Positions 32,630 through 41,957 are shown, counted from the stretch's first letter. The stretch is 64,000 bases of DNA from Candidatus Poseidoniales archaeon (GCA_038144595.1 JAYQOB010000006.1:68013-132012); one strand, 5' to 3'. Notes: generated from the sequence alone by a model not told the origin. Made by a program: numbers and translations.

Positions 32630-35600
32630 TTACACCGCCCTGAGCGCTGCAGAAGGCGGAACGGCTGCCGCTCTACGCACCGGTATGAAGGTGGTCAACA
32701 ACACCACGCCCCACGCCACCAAAAACAGGAGCATGGTGCTCACCCACGGGAAGGAAAACGCCGCCCCCTCTGCCTTCCAGAGCGCGTTGTAGAGCATCAC
32801 ATGGAACCCGTAGCCGATCACCAAGCCGTTGAGCAACCCCAACACCGCCACCCAGGAAACCTCAACGGAGAACAGACGGAGGACATGCCGTCGCCTAAAC
32901 CCGATGGCTCGGAGCATACCAATGGTGGTCTTGCGTTCGCTCACGTTTCGAACGGTCACCACCCCGATGCCAGCAACACCGACCAACAACCCGAGTGCGA
33001 GGTAGCCCTCAAACAGCGAGAGGATGGCCAGCACCAAGGATTGGATGATCATGATTTCATCGGCTACCGTTTGGACGTTGATGTTCCGGCCGGCCAGTTC
33101 AACATCGAGCACCTCCTCAAGTTCTGCAGCTGCACGTCGCTCATCCAGCGTCTTTCCTTGGGCGGCGGTTACGCTCCCGTCAAAATCAGGCGTGGCTTTG
33201 GCATCGGATGAGACGCTCACGTACATCCGCGTGATGGCTCCAGAAAACTGCGTTTCCACAGGTTCTGCATTCATCCAAACACCGGGCGAAAAAATGTACG
33301 ACGACTGTTTGAGGAAGCCACCGACCACCGCATTTCGAGTGTTTTTCGGATTTGAGTAATCAATGAGCGATATTGAATCTCCAATTGAAAACTGGAGAGG
33401 TACAAGGGTGGTGCCATCGGCGGTTGATTCCAAGCCAAACGAGGCATCGAGGAACACGATGTTGTCGAAGGCAGCCATGGCAATCCACGCCTCTTCGGAT
33501 GAGTTGCCGAGGGAGGAATCCCATGCGTAAAGTGGCAAGCCGCCATGCTGGATGAACCCGTCATCCACACCCCGAAGAAGGTAGGGCATTCGTTCACCGT
33601 TGATGTCCTCGAGATGGACTGGCGCCCGATACACCGCCCCAACAGCGTCGATGTTGTCCAGCGCAGGATGATCGATGCCCCATGTGGACGGATCCTCTCC
33701 CAAATCGATGGGCCGGGACCTCGTTGAGGTTAGAAGAAGCTCAAATTCGCCTTCTGCTTCTTCGACGAAATCTGAGGAATAGGTGTCAAACTGTTCGGTG
33801 TAACCAGCGAGCACCACCACTGAAAACATCGTGATGGAAAACATCCCCATCACCACCGCCGTTCGCAACGGGTGTGCCAGTGGATGTGCGAGGGCCACCG
33901 AACCCACCGGCCCGGTCCGCCTCAACACCCACCGTTGCTTGGCCAGCCAACCCACGGCCTGCGGGGCCAAACTGGTAAGGACCATGACACCTGCAAGCAC
34001 TTGGAGCAGACCCAACACGATGAACGCCAGTTCGTTGGCTTCCATCTGTGCGCGCAACGGGTCAACAGGGGCAAGAAACAACGTCCAGAGGAGGAACAAC
34101 AGACCGACCGCACCGAGGGTGTTTCTGGGTGCGTGGCGAGTCCAACGATTGGCGGGACGGCCCCTGTTGAAGAACACAGGGAGTTCCCATGTGAGCAGCG
34201 GCGTGAACAGGAGAATTAGACCGCTGCCCAAGAGGAGATAGGCACCGTAGGCGAAGGGAGATGAAAGGCCGGATAGAAGCAGCGAAAGCCCGCACAAGCC
34301 GACCAAACCCAAGGCCATGATTTGAAGCAAAAAGACGCCCCAAGGCACCCCGTTCTTGATGACCGCTCGAGCGCCACGGAGGGCTCGAACAATGTTGAGT
34401 TGAGCGTTGTAAAGTGCGCTGGACCAGAGGATGAGCAGCGCCAACAACGTCCCCCAAATCCATCCAGCAAGGAAGGAATCAGCCGTCCAATCGAAGACGA
34501 AATTCGTCGCATCGACGGATGAAAAGATCGATGAAAAGCCTGCAGAGATGATCCAAGCAAGGCCAAGACCCAGCACAGAACCGAGCCCGCTGGCAATAAA
34601 CGCCAACGTCGCCCCCTCAAGGAGGAACAGGGCACGAGCATCGCTTCTACGCAGGCCAAGAGCTCGCACGGTGGCGACCTCGCTTCGCCGAACATCCGCC
34701 AGCAGCATGATGATCGTCAACGACAACAAGACACCTGCAGCGATGGTGAAGGTTCCAAACACCAGAAACATGGCCGAGAGGGCACCTGACGATGCCGCTG
34801 CTTGCTCAGCGGCTTCCAGCTTGACGGCGGCGAGCCGGAGGTGAATGTCTTCGGCTTCACTGCGCTGGTCAAACCACGCCGTCATGGCGTCCAAACTCGT
34901 GGTGTTTCCACCGCTGAAACCCGGACCTGAAAACATGAGCAACGAACGGTCATCCTCCTCGGCCAGGGCGAGCACCTCGGCGTCGGAAAGGGACACCAAA
35001 CCGAGCACAACTGCGTCCAAATCGGCGAGCTGCTCAAAGCCGTCAATCGCCGTGTAATCCCCGTTGTACGCCAGCATCGTTGACGAATCGTTTCCGTAAG
35101 CGTAGGGAAGGACACCGGTCATGGCGAGAACGTTGCCATCTTCGAGGCCCAACGCCTCCAAGCGGGCAGAGGTCAACACCTGCCCTTCCTCGACTTCAAG
35201 GGTGGCTCCCTCGCCTCCAAAGGCCAGCACCATCTGAGGCAGTTTTCCAAAGCCAGGGGCGTCGGACAACACCGGAAGCCGAAGGGTGTCGACCACGTTC
35301 GTTGTTGCTTCCAATCGCAGCAAGCCGTGCTCAAAGGAGCACCATGTTTCACCGGCCTCCAACACCGCTGCGGCTCGGCCGTCGCAAGGCTCCACCACCT
35401 GGATGGGTTCATCTGAATCGGACGGCCATGCTTCGGCGTTGATTTTTTCCATGTCGATGAGGGGCAACGCGCCCCGGTAGTATGTACTCGACAAAAGACC
35501 CTCAACACGTAGCAACAGAGCATCCTCCGCCACCCTGAGGTCGAAAGAGAGTACCGTAGTGGGAAGGGGCACCGTCAGGTTTGACGAGGCGAGGGTGCTC

Positions 35601-37222
35601 AAGTTATCATCCAGGGTCAAGAGCTCCAGCGTACCGGCATGCTCAACCAATGTGTACCACACGCCTTCGCCTCGAGCAAGGGCCGTGGGCGCGCCTTCAA
35701 AGGAGACCGAAAACCGTTCGTCCTCGTCGGTGAGGTTCGTGTCTGCCACCACCATGCGTTGGCCGGACAGGAAGCCCACGATGCTGTTGTGTTCACTCCA
35801 TGCAACATCGACCATTCGTTCGCCCTCATCGACCTGCCAAAGCCAAGCTTCGTTGGTGCTCAAGCGCTCAAATCCGAGACCGTTGGCGGTGCTGTGCCAG
35901 AGCGCATCCTCCGCGACGACCAAACGGTCGACCGTTGCATCAGCAAGGGTCAGGAGCGGCTCACCTTCAACTTGAAGTTCGATGAGTGGCACCTGCAACA
36001 CTTCGAGGAGGGTGGCGTCGGGATAGAGCACGGTCCGGTTTTCGCGAAGGGCGGCGACGTCGTCACCATCCAAACGCTGAAGCCCGTTGGAAGAGGACAC
36101 CGTGAGCGACGAGGTCCCGTCGTCCACCGTCCACACGAGGCCGATGTCCTCCGCTGTCAACACGTCATTGAACACCTGTTCAAGGGCATCCAGATGCTGC
36201 TTGATGGCGCTGTCAGAGAGGGAGGGCTTGAACGAGAGGGCGATACGAGTCAATTCACGGTCCATCCCCAGCAGCCCCTGGGCGGCGGTGAGGTCGAGGA
36301 ATACAGCGGGTGAGCGCGTCCCCGCCATGGCGCCCTGGCCTTCGTTGGGGACCACGGCCAGCACCTCGACGCTGTGTGTGGTCCGCACCCGTTGGTTGTC
36401 TTCGGTGACGAACGCGCCCAACTCGAGAGCATCACCAACGCCGACCTCAAGCGCTTCGGCAGCCACGGCGTTGATGGCCACGCCTGGCGTGCTTCGAACC
36501 TCATTGGCAGCGGCAATGTCAGAAAACCGATAGGCGTTGGCAGGATCCAAGGCCTGCCATACGGACTCGCCGTCAATCGTGGCGTTGTGAGCAAACAAGG
36601 AGACGGACGGTTCGGCAAGCCCGGAATCCGCAGAAAGGCTGACCGAAGAAGTGAGGCCGAACTGACGACCACGAAGGTCATCGGCGAGTTCGGTGTTCTG
36701 TTGAAGCGACGCCCAGTAACGAGCGCCGATTCCTTCGTCAAAGGCGACGGCAACACCCGTCATGGGGTCAAAGCCAGCGATGAGCACGTCGGTCTCACCG
36801 TAGGCGGCTTGGACCTCACGCCCGACCGTCGCATCGAGAGAATCGCCCACCACCAAGGACGAGGTGATGATGGCAGAAGCGATGATCAGACCAGCGAGCA
36901 TTAGCGCTGATTGTCGTTTGCGCCGAACCATGTTTTCCCTCGCTAAACGCCACACGAGCAAGCGTTGCGGGAGGAGCAGCGGTTGAACGAACATCATGGA
37001 GAGGGTCCCGATCAGGAAACCTCCGGCGACAGCGGTTGCCGAGGACAAGCCGAGCCAAGAAAGCAGCGCCAGCCCTAGCGTACCGTCAACCGAACCGGAG
37101 ACGAGAAGCAGCAGCCGTGTCGACCACGAGGCTTCACCCCACCGACCTGAAAGGTACACACTGACCGTGCTCATCGCCAGCAGGGCTGACGCAACGAGCA
37201 CGTACCACAAGAGCAACGTCAT
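32630..37222 (-). CDS. MacB/FtsX-family ABC transporter permease, duplicated FtsX domains with very large extracytoplasmic domains (1,530 aa)
   Basis: Two FtsX-type modules (RRSEVATVRALGLRRSDARALFLLEG... and KTTIGMLRAIGFRRRHVLRLFSVEVSW...). N-terminal LARENMVRRKRQSALMLAGLIIASAII. ATGA overlap with the upstream ATPase gene. Confidence 0.85.
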   Translation of the reverse strand: MTLLLWYVLVASALLAMSTVSVYLSGRWGEASWSTRLLLLVSGSVDGTLGLALLSWLGLSSATAVAGGFLIGTLSMMFVQPLLLPQRLLVWRLARENMVRRKRQSALMLAGLIIASAIITSSLVVGDSLDATVGREVQAAYGETDVLIAGFDPMTGVAVAFDEGIGARYWASLQQNTELADDLRGRQFGLTSSVSLSADSGLAEPSVSLFAHNATIDGESVWQALDPANAYRFSDIAAANEVRSTPGVAINAVAAEALEVGVGDALELGAFVTEDNQRVRTTHSVEVLAVVPNEGQGAMAGTRSPAVFLDLTAAQGLLGMDRELTRIALSFKPSLSDSAIKQHLDALEQVFNDVLTAEDIGLVWTVDDGTSSLTVSSSNGLQRLDGDDVAALRENRTVLYPDATLLEVLQVPLIELQVEGEPLLTLADATVDRLVVAEDALWHSTANGLGFERLSTNEAWLWQVDEGERMVDVAWSEHNSIVGFLSGQRMVVADTNLTDEDERFSVSFEGAPTALARGEGVWYTLVEHAGTLELLTLDDNLSTLASSNLTVPLPTTVLSFDLRVAEDALLLRVEGLLSSTYYRGALPLIDMEKINAEAWPSDSDEPIQVVEPCDGRAAAVLEAGETWCSFEHGLLRLEATTNVVDTLRLPVLSDAPGFGKLPQMVLAFGGEGATLEVEEGQVLTSARLEALGLEDGNVLAMTGVLPYAYGNDSSTMLAYNGDYTAIDGFEQLADLDAVVLGLVSLSDAEVLALAEEDDRSLLMFSGPGFSGGNTTSLDAMTAWFDQRSEAEDIHLRLAAVKLEAAEQAAASSGALSAMFLVFGTFTIAAGVLLSLTIIMLLADVRRSEVATVRALGLRRSDARALFLLEGATLAFIASGLGSVLGLGLAWIISAGFSSIFSSVDATNFVFDWTADSFLAGWIWGTLLALLILWSSALYNAQLNIVRALRGARAVIKNGVPWGVFLLQIMALGLVGLCGLSLLLSGLSSPFAYGAYLLLGSGLILLFTPLLTWELPVFFNRGRPANRWTRHAPRNTLGAVGLLFLLWTLFLAPVDPLRAQMEANELAFIVLGLLQVLAGVMVLTSLAPQAVGWLAKQRWVLRRTGPVGSVALAHPLAHPLRTAVVMGMFSITMFSVVVLAGYTEQFDTYSSDFVEEAEGEFELLLTSTRSRPIDLGEDPSTWGIDHPALDNIDAVGAVYRAPVHLEDINGERMPYLLRGVDDGFIQHGGLPLYAWDSSLGNSSEEAWIAMAAFDNIVFLDASFGLESTADGTTLVPLQFSIGDSISLIDYSNPKNTRNAVVGGFLKQSSYIFSPGVWMNAEPVETQFSGAITRMYVSVSSDAKATPDFDGSVTAAQGKTLDERRAAAELEEVLDVELAGRNINVQTVADEIMIIQSLVLAILSLFEGYLALGLLVGVAGIGVVTVRNVSERKTTIGMLRAIGFRRRHVLRLFSVEVSWVAVLGLLNGLVIGYGFHVMLYNALWKAEGAAFSFPWVSTMLLFLVAWGVVLLTTFIPVRRAAAVPPSAALRAV

Positions 37223-37920
37223 TCCTCCTCGGTGGGCGTTGTCGAGGGCGAAACGATGTTCCCGTCACTCATCGTGATGGTGCGCTGGCACTGTTCTGCA
37301 ATGGCCGGGTCGTGGGTGACGACGAGAAAGGTTGTACCTTGCTCTCGATTCATCGTGGTCAAGAGCGTCATGACCTCGTCGGAGGTGGCGTTGTCGAGGT
37401 TGCCTGTGGGTTCATCGCACAAGATGATGGAAGGGCGATGGACGATGGCCCGAGCGACGGCCACCCGCTGCTGTTGACCGCCTGAAAGCTCCGCAGGACG
37501 ATGGCCGCTGCGGTCGCCGAGCCCCACCTGTTCAAGCGCGAGGAGTGCGGATGTTCGTGCTTCGGTTGGAGAGGAACCGTTGAGCAAGAGCGGGAGTTCA
37601 ACGTTCTCAACGGCTGAGAGCACGGGAAGGAGGTTGAAATTTTGGAAGATAAATCCGAAATGCTGGCCCCGGAGGTCCGTACGCTCGTCGTCGGAAATAC
37701 CGTACAGGGGTTGACCGTTGACCAGCACCATCCCGGAGGTCGGTTCGTCAATGCCGGAGAGAATGTTGAGCAGCGTGGTTTTTCCACACCCGGACGGGCC
37801 CATCACGGCGATCATTTCCCCTGAATCAATGCGGACATCCACGCCTCGGACGGCTTCGACCGTGGATTCGCCGGCCTGGTAGAGTTTCCATAGTTGGCTG
37901 GCTTCGAGGGCCGGTGGCAT
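37219..37920 (-). CDS. ABC transporter ATP-binding protein (MacB/LolD-like)
   Basis: GPSGCGKTTLLN, LSGGQQQRVAVARAIV, ILCDEPTGNLD, THD. Confidence 0.9.
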   Translation of the reverse strand: MPPALEASQLWKLYQAGESTVEAVRGVDVRIDSGEMIAVMGPSGCGKTTLLNILSGIDEPTSGMVLVNGQPLYGISDDERTDLRGQHFGFIFQNFNLLPVLSAVENVELPLLLNGSSPTEARTSALLALEQVGLGDRSGHRPAELSGGQQQRVAVARAIVHRPSIILCDEPTGNLDNATSDEVMTLLTTMNREQGTTFLVVTHDPAIAEQCQRTITMSDGNIVSPSTTPTEEE

Positions 37921-37940
37921 GATGGACGATGCGGAATTGT

Positions 37941-37950
37941 ATTCATAAAT
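37941..37950. promoter_or_regulatory. Shared A/T element (ATTCATAAAT) in the 71-bp divergent spacer
   Basis: It reads ATTTATGAAT on the minus strand, centred about 26 nt from ATG 37920 (a leaderless configuration). It reads TTCATAAAT on the plus strand about 46 nt from ATG 37992. Confidence 0.3.
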
Positions 37951-37991
37951 CCCTGCCCGTAAGGCGTCGCATGGCCTCCGAGGATCACGGG

Positions 37992-38225
37992 ATGACCGTC
38001 GCCGTCATCGCTTTTGGACAAGTGGGGGAACAACTCGGTGGGCGCCATCACGAGCGAACGGTCCAGCCCGGCCTCACCGTGCGAGACCTCGTGGTTGAAC
38101 TTGGGCTGGAGGAATGGATCTCGTTTGGCCTGTCAGTGGCCCTAAACGGCGATCGGTGTGGCATGGATACACCGCTGGTCGAGGGGGCTGAAATCGCCCT
38201 CCTTCCGCCCGTGAGCGGTGGTTAA
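37992..38225 (+). CDS. MoaD/ThiS-family ubiquitin-like sulfur carrier / SAMP-like protein ending in Gly-Gly
   Basis: 77 aa from ATG 37992: MTVAVIAFGQ...ALNGDRCGMDTPLVEGAEIALLPPVSGG*. The beta-grasp family end PPVSGG is diagnostic of MoaD-type proteins. Confidence 0.75.
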   Translation: MTVAVIAFGQVGEQLGGRHHERTVQPGLTVRDLVVELGLEEWISFGLSVALNGDRCGMDTPLVEGAEIALLPPVSGG

Positions 38226-38256
38226 ATCGCCCTCCTTCCGCCTGTCAGCGGTGGTT
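38191..38256 (+). repeat. 2.2 copies of a 33-bp tandem repeat covering the last 10 codons plus the stop of the MoaD-like gene
   Basis: aaatcgccctccttccgccCgtGagcggtggtt / aaatcgccctccttccgccTgtCagcggtggtt / aaatcc. The two differences are synonymous in the gene frame. Confidence 0.9.
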
Positions 38257-38329
38257 AAATCCCCGTGGAGACCCCGTGAGAGGAAAGCCTTCAACAACGG
38301 GGAGCGCCAGGGCATAACGAGGAAGCACC

Positions 38330-38647
38330 ATGGTCGGCGGATTGGGTCCCCTTGAATTGAGCATCTTGCTCCTGTTGTTCTTCGTGCTGTTCGGTGCTCA
38401 GCGCTTGCCAGAACTCGCCAACGCCCTCGGCCGCTCCAAAGGTGAATTCCAGAAGGGTCTCAACGAAGCAACGTCGCTTGGCGATGCTTCACGAACCATC
38501 GCTGACCTCGAGGCCGGCGGGCGCACTCCCGACCAGGTGCTCATCGACCGAGCCAAGGCTGTTGGCATTGATTCCGCTGGCATGCCCGTTGAGGAGTTGG
38601 AAAAGAAGGTCGCTGCACTCGAAGCCCTCAACGAAGAAAACGAGTGA
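38330..38647 (+). CDS. tatA: Twin-arginine translocase subunit TatA/E
   Basis: GPLELSILLLLFFVLFGAQRLPELANALGRSKGEFQKG (TM + amphipathic helix hallmark), with an acidic tail. Confidence 0.8.
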   Translation: MVGGLGPLELSILLLLFFVLFGAQRLPELANALGRSKGEFQKGLNEATSLGDASRTIADLEAGGRTPDQVLIDRAKAVGIDSAGMPVEELEKKVAALEALNEENE

Positions 38648-38648
38648 T

Positions 38649-39146
38649 TCACCCTTTGCGGCGTTTGACCTCGAGGGGCGAGCCGCAAATCCGACATTCA
38701 CCGGTGCTCCCCTGCTTTGAGCGAGCCACATCGGGTTCAAGCGACGACGTCGCACCGCAGCCTTTGCACCGTTGCTCCCAAATCCAGACGTGTTTCGAAG
38801 CAGCGTTCACCACCGGCTCAACCGTCCCACCAGCGTGGCGAAAGGTGTTTTGCAAGCGGTAGTCATCGGTCACGAGCACGGCCTTCAGGGACAGGGCCAA
38901 AGCGAGGACATCGACGTCCACATCGGACAGTCGAGCCAAGTCGCCCGACGCACTGGCAGCAGCGTTGGCAGCTTCAAGCGCCGCAGGCGTCGGCGAACGC
39001 CACTGAAGGTCAGCCGCTTCAATCAGCATGGAGCGCGCTTCACTCAACCGCTCGAGTTCCTGCCGTTGCGATTGGGCGCATACACCTCCTGCGAGGCGAC
39101 TGGGCGGCCAGTGGAGCAACGCTGCCGTGTCCAACACCCGCTCCAT
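38649..39146 (-). CDS. PIN-domain + zinc-ribbon protein (archaeal Nob1-like endonuclease)
   Basis: From ATG 39146: MERVLDTAALL (PIN start), LVTDDYRLQN, and a C-terminal CKGCG...CRICG zinc ribbon. Confidence 0.6.
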   Translation of the reverse strand: MERVLDTAALLHWPPSRLAGGVCAQSQRQELERLSEARSMLIEAADLQWRSPTPAALEAANAAASASGDLARLSDVDVDVLALALSLKAVLVTDDYRLQNTFRHAGGTVEPVVNAASKHVWIWEQRCKGCGATSSLEPDVARSKQGSTGECRICGSPLEVKRRKG

Positions 39147-39223
39147 GGTGGCAACACCACAACCCGCACCATGAAGGCACCGCTCACCCCTATCTTCTTG
39201 AAAGAGGAGGCACAGCAAGACCC

Positions 39224-39835
39224 ATGAGTTGGAGGGACACCATTCTGGAGGCGTTCGACGTCTTTGGTCCTGCCAGCCTGTTCGTCCTTTCCTTTACCGA
39301 GGCCATCGTTCAACCGATTCCGCCCGACTTGCTGTACATCCCCATGCTGGTCAACGCCATGGGTGATACCCCATTGGTGGTGTGGCTGTGGTTGGTGGTC
39401 ACCGTGGCATCCGTGCTCGGATCCCTGGTGGGGTATTGGATTGGCCAACGGTGGGGCACCTCCCTCATGAAGCGGTTCGGTCAGGAGAAGCATCTCGCGA
39501 AACTCGAACACCTCACGGCCACCTACGGCACCTTGGGCATCTTCATCGCCGCCTTCTCCCCCATCCCCTACAAGGTGCTGGGGTGGATGGCTGGCATGGG
39601 CCACATGGCCAAGAAACCCTTCATCATCGCCGGACTGCTCGGACGTAGCCTGCGATTTGGCCTTGAGGCTGTGCTCATCGGCCTGTACGGCGAGCGGGCC
39701 CTTGAGGCCATCATGTGGATTCTTGACAACGAAATTCTGCTCGCCGTGGTGATGATCGTCAGCCTCGGGGGTGCATGGTTGGCTTGGCGGTGGTGGTCCG
39801 ACCTCGGCCCTCAAGCACCGGCTGCGGGCCAGTAA
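39224..39835 (+). CDS. DedA/YqaA (SNARE-associated) family membrane protein
   Basis: ATG 39224 is preceded by AAGAGGAGG. Motifs: FVLSFTEAIVQPIPPDLL and GYWIGQRWG. The upstream part of track ORF 38717..39835 is antisense to the Nob1-like gene and is rejected. Confidence 0.7.
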   Translation: MSWRDTILEAFDVFGPASLFVLSFTEAIVQPIPPDLLYIPMLVNAMGDTPLVVWLWLVVTVASVLGSLVGYWIGQRWGTSLMKRFGQEKHLAKLEHLTATYGTLGIFIAAFSPIPYKVLGWMAGMGHMAKKPFIIAGLLGRSLRFGLEAVLIGLYGERALEAIMWILDNEILLAVVMIVSLGGAWLAWRWWSDLGPQAPAAGQ

Positions 39836-39893
39836 AGAGACAACTGCCTTCCACGGGAACGGTTATGAACAGGGCGTCAGTGGGGCAATCACC

Positions 39894-39968
39894 GCTCGCG
39901 TGGTGTAGTCAGGTCCATCATTACGGGTTTTCATCCCGTCGACCCGGGTTCGAATCCCGGCGCGAGCA
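39894..39968 (+). tRNA. tRNA-Glu (anticodon UUC), 75 nt, no encoded CCA
   Basis: Folded by hand. Acceptor GCUCGCG/CGCGAGC. Anticodon stem ACGGG/CCCGU with loop UUUUCAU (UUC flanked by U33 and A37). T arm CCGGG-UUCGAAU-CCCGG. Discriminator A. Confidence 0.95.
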
Positions 39969-40051
39969 TAACTTCGCCCCAGCACCCTCTTAATAACGAA
40001 AGAATCTGTTATCGATGGACGGGATTTCTCAAGGAAAGCCCACGCGAGAAA

Positions 40052-40059
40052 GTTTAGAT
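40052..40059 (+). promoter_or_regulatory. BRE/TATA-like element (AGAAAGTTTAGAT) about 26 nt upstream of the peroxiredoxin ATG (leaderless configuration)
   Basis: gcgAGAAAgTTTAGAtg is centred 26-27 nt before ATG 40082, with no SD. Confidence 0.4.
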
Positions 40060-40081
40060 GCCACCCCTCTGAGCAGGATTC

Positions 40082-40543
40082 ATGCTCAAGATTGGAGATG
40101 CCGCACCTGACTTTACCCTGACCACCCCTGACAAGAGCAAGGTGAGCCTTGCCGACCATGCAGGTGAGCGCGTGGTGCTCGCGTTCTACCCGGCTGCCTT
40201 CACCGGTGTGTGCACGGCTGAGATGTGTTCCTTCCAGGATTCAATGGCCGCCCTCAACGACGCAGGAGCCACCGTCTTTGGCGTCTCGGTCGACTCGCCC
40301 TTCGCCAACGGTGCCTTCGCCAAGGCCAACGGATTGGAGTTCACCCTCCTCTCGGACGTTCACCGAACGATGATCACCGACTACGGCATGACCTTCGAGA
40401 ATTTCGCCATTGACGGTTACACCGTGGCCAACCGAGGCGTCGTTGTGGTGGAAGCCGATGGAACCGTCGGCTATGTTTGGGTGTGCGAGAATTTGGGCCA
40501 GGAGCCCGATTACGAGGCCATTCTGGCGCACTGCGCCCAGTGA
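40082..40543 (+). CDS. Peroxiredoxin (AhpC/TSA family, Bcp/PrxQ-like)
   Basis: LAFYPAAFTGVCTAEMCSF active-site motif; 153 aa. Confidence 0.85.
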   Translation: MLKIGDAAPDFTLTTPDKSKVSLADHAGERVVLAFYPAAFTGVCTAEMCSFQDSMAALNDAGATVFGVSVDSPFANGAFAKANGLEFTLLSDVHRTMITDYGMTFENFAIDGYTVANRGVVVVEADGTVGYVWVCENLGQEPDYEAILAHCAQ

Positions 40544-41383
40544 TCACGCCAGCGTACCGTTGTTGTAATCCTCGATGGCCTGGTAGATTTCCTGCCGGGT
40601 GTTCATCACGAAAGGCCCGTAGCGTGCAATGGGCTCGCCCAGTTCTGGACCGCCAAGGATGAGCAATTCTGCGCCGTCCTCCTCTGCCGTGATGGACACG
40701 GCGTCGCCCTGCGAAAGCAAACCGAGTCCACCATCGTGGAGGGACCGGCCTTCAACGTCCATCGAACCGCCAAAGGCGTAGAGCATGACGTTGTGGTCGT
40801 GCTCGCACGCATGCACGTAATTGGCTCCAGGCTTGAGTTTGAGGTGGATGAAGGTGATGGGAATCACGGTGTCGATGACGGCTTGGACGCCCAGGGCTTC
40901 ACCAGCGATGACCTTGGCCCACACCTGACCGTCTTCGCTGGTGGTTTCGGGGAGGTCGGCCGACGGAATGTCTTGGTAGCGCGGCGGCATCATCTTGTCC
41001 TTGGCTGGAAGGTTGACCCAAATTTGGAAACCGTGCATCAGGCCGCCATTTTCCATCATGTGGTCTTGAGGAAGTTCAGAATGAATGACGCCACGACCGG
41101 CGGTCATCCATTGCACATCGCCGGGGTTCAAGTCGCCACTGTTGCCAGCCGAGTCGGCGTGCTTCATACCACCGGCCAGCAGGTAGGTGACCGTTTCGAA
41201 ACCGCGGTGGGGGTGGTCAGGTGCACCGACCGCTTCGCCAGGTGCGTAATCAACGGGCCCCATTTCGTCGAGAAGCAAGAAGGGGCTCATCAGCCGGCCC
41301 ATGGCTGCAGGGCGTCGAACTTTGAAGCCGCCTCCTTCAAGAACGGTGTGCGTGGGTACGATGGATTTCAGGGTACGGTTCAT
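40544..41383 (-). CDS. Pirin-family cupin protein
   Basis: From ATG 41383: GGGFKVRRP, HPHRGFETVTYLLAG, VQWMTAGRGVIHSE. Confidence 0.85.
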   Translation of the reverse strand: MNRTLKSIVPTHTVLEGGGFKVRRPAAMGRLMSPFLLLDEMGPVDYAPGEAVGAPDHPHRGFETVTYLLAGGMKHADSAGNSGDLNPGDVQWMTAGRGVIHSELPQDHMMENGGLMHGFQIWVNLPAKDKMMPPRYQDIPSADLPETTSEDGQVWAKVIAGEALGVQAVIDTVIPITFIHLKLKPGANYVHACEHDHNVMLYAFGGSMDVEGRSLHDGGLGLLSQGDAVSITAEEDGAELLILGGPELGEPIARYGPFVMNTRQEIYQAIEDYNNGTLA

Positions 41384-41388
41384 GGTGG

Positions 41389-41889
41389 TCACTCCTTGGT
41401 CATGGCGTTGAGCATGGCGTTGATGGTGTCTGGATTGGCGGCCTTCTTCTTGTTGGTGACGAGCGAACGCCCCAGCACAATGCAACCAAGGAACGAGAAT
41501 TGCATTCGCATGGCCATGATGACATGCTGGCCGCCGCCTCCGGAATGCGTGCCGAGCGCCACGGTTCGGTCTCGGAAGAGGCGTCGGAAATCATCGCCTT
41601 CTCGGCTCAACCAAGCGATGGCGTTGTTGAGAACAGGCGGGTAGGAGCCGTTGTATTCCGGGGCAAACACGAACCAGGCATCGCCTCGGTCCAGCACCTC
41701 GATGAGGTCGGCCAGGCCGTCCAACACCGCTGTGGCCTTTTCGCGTGCCACCGTGTAGACTGGAAAGTCGTAGGCGTTCAAGGAAACATGCTCGACGGTA
41801 TGCCCCATCTCAAGGGCATAACCCTCCACCTCGTGGGCCAAGGCAACGTTGTTTCCATCCGAGGCGTGGATGAAGACAAGCTTCGCCAT
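41389..41889 (-). CDS. Flavodoxin-like NAD(P)H-dependent FMN reductase family protein
   Basis: MAKLVFIHAS..., FVFAPEYNGSYPPVLNNAIAWLS pattern typical of the FMN_red family. Confidence 0.6.
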   Translation of the reverse strand: MAKLVFIHASDGNNVALAHEVEGYALEMGHTVEHVSLNAYDFPVYTVAREKATAVLDGLADLIEVLDRGDAWFVFAPEYNGSYPPVLNNAIAWLSREGDDFRRLFRDRTVALGTHSGGGGQHVIMAMRMQFSFLGCIVLGRSLVTNKKKAANPDTINAMLNAMTKE

Positions 41890-41957
41890 GCTATCCCGTG
41901 GGCGGCTTCTGCTTTATGATTGGCAGTATCGCGCCAAGCACCGTTGGCAGCCAAGGA

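Noticed and set aside
38717-39223. N-terminal 169 codons of track ORF 38717..39835
   Set aside because: This part is antisense to the Nob1-like gene and R/P/S/H-rich. The DedA-like sequence begins at ATG 39224, right after an AAGAGGAGG SD.
39836-40081. tRNA-Glu as a possible genomic-island integration site
   Set aside because: There is no integrase, no transposase, and no direct repeat of the tRNA 3' end that I could see in the flanks. The neighbouring genes are ordinary housekeeping genes.
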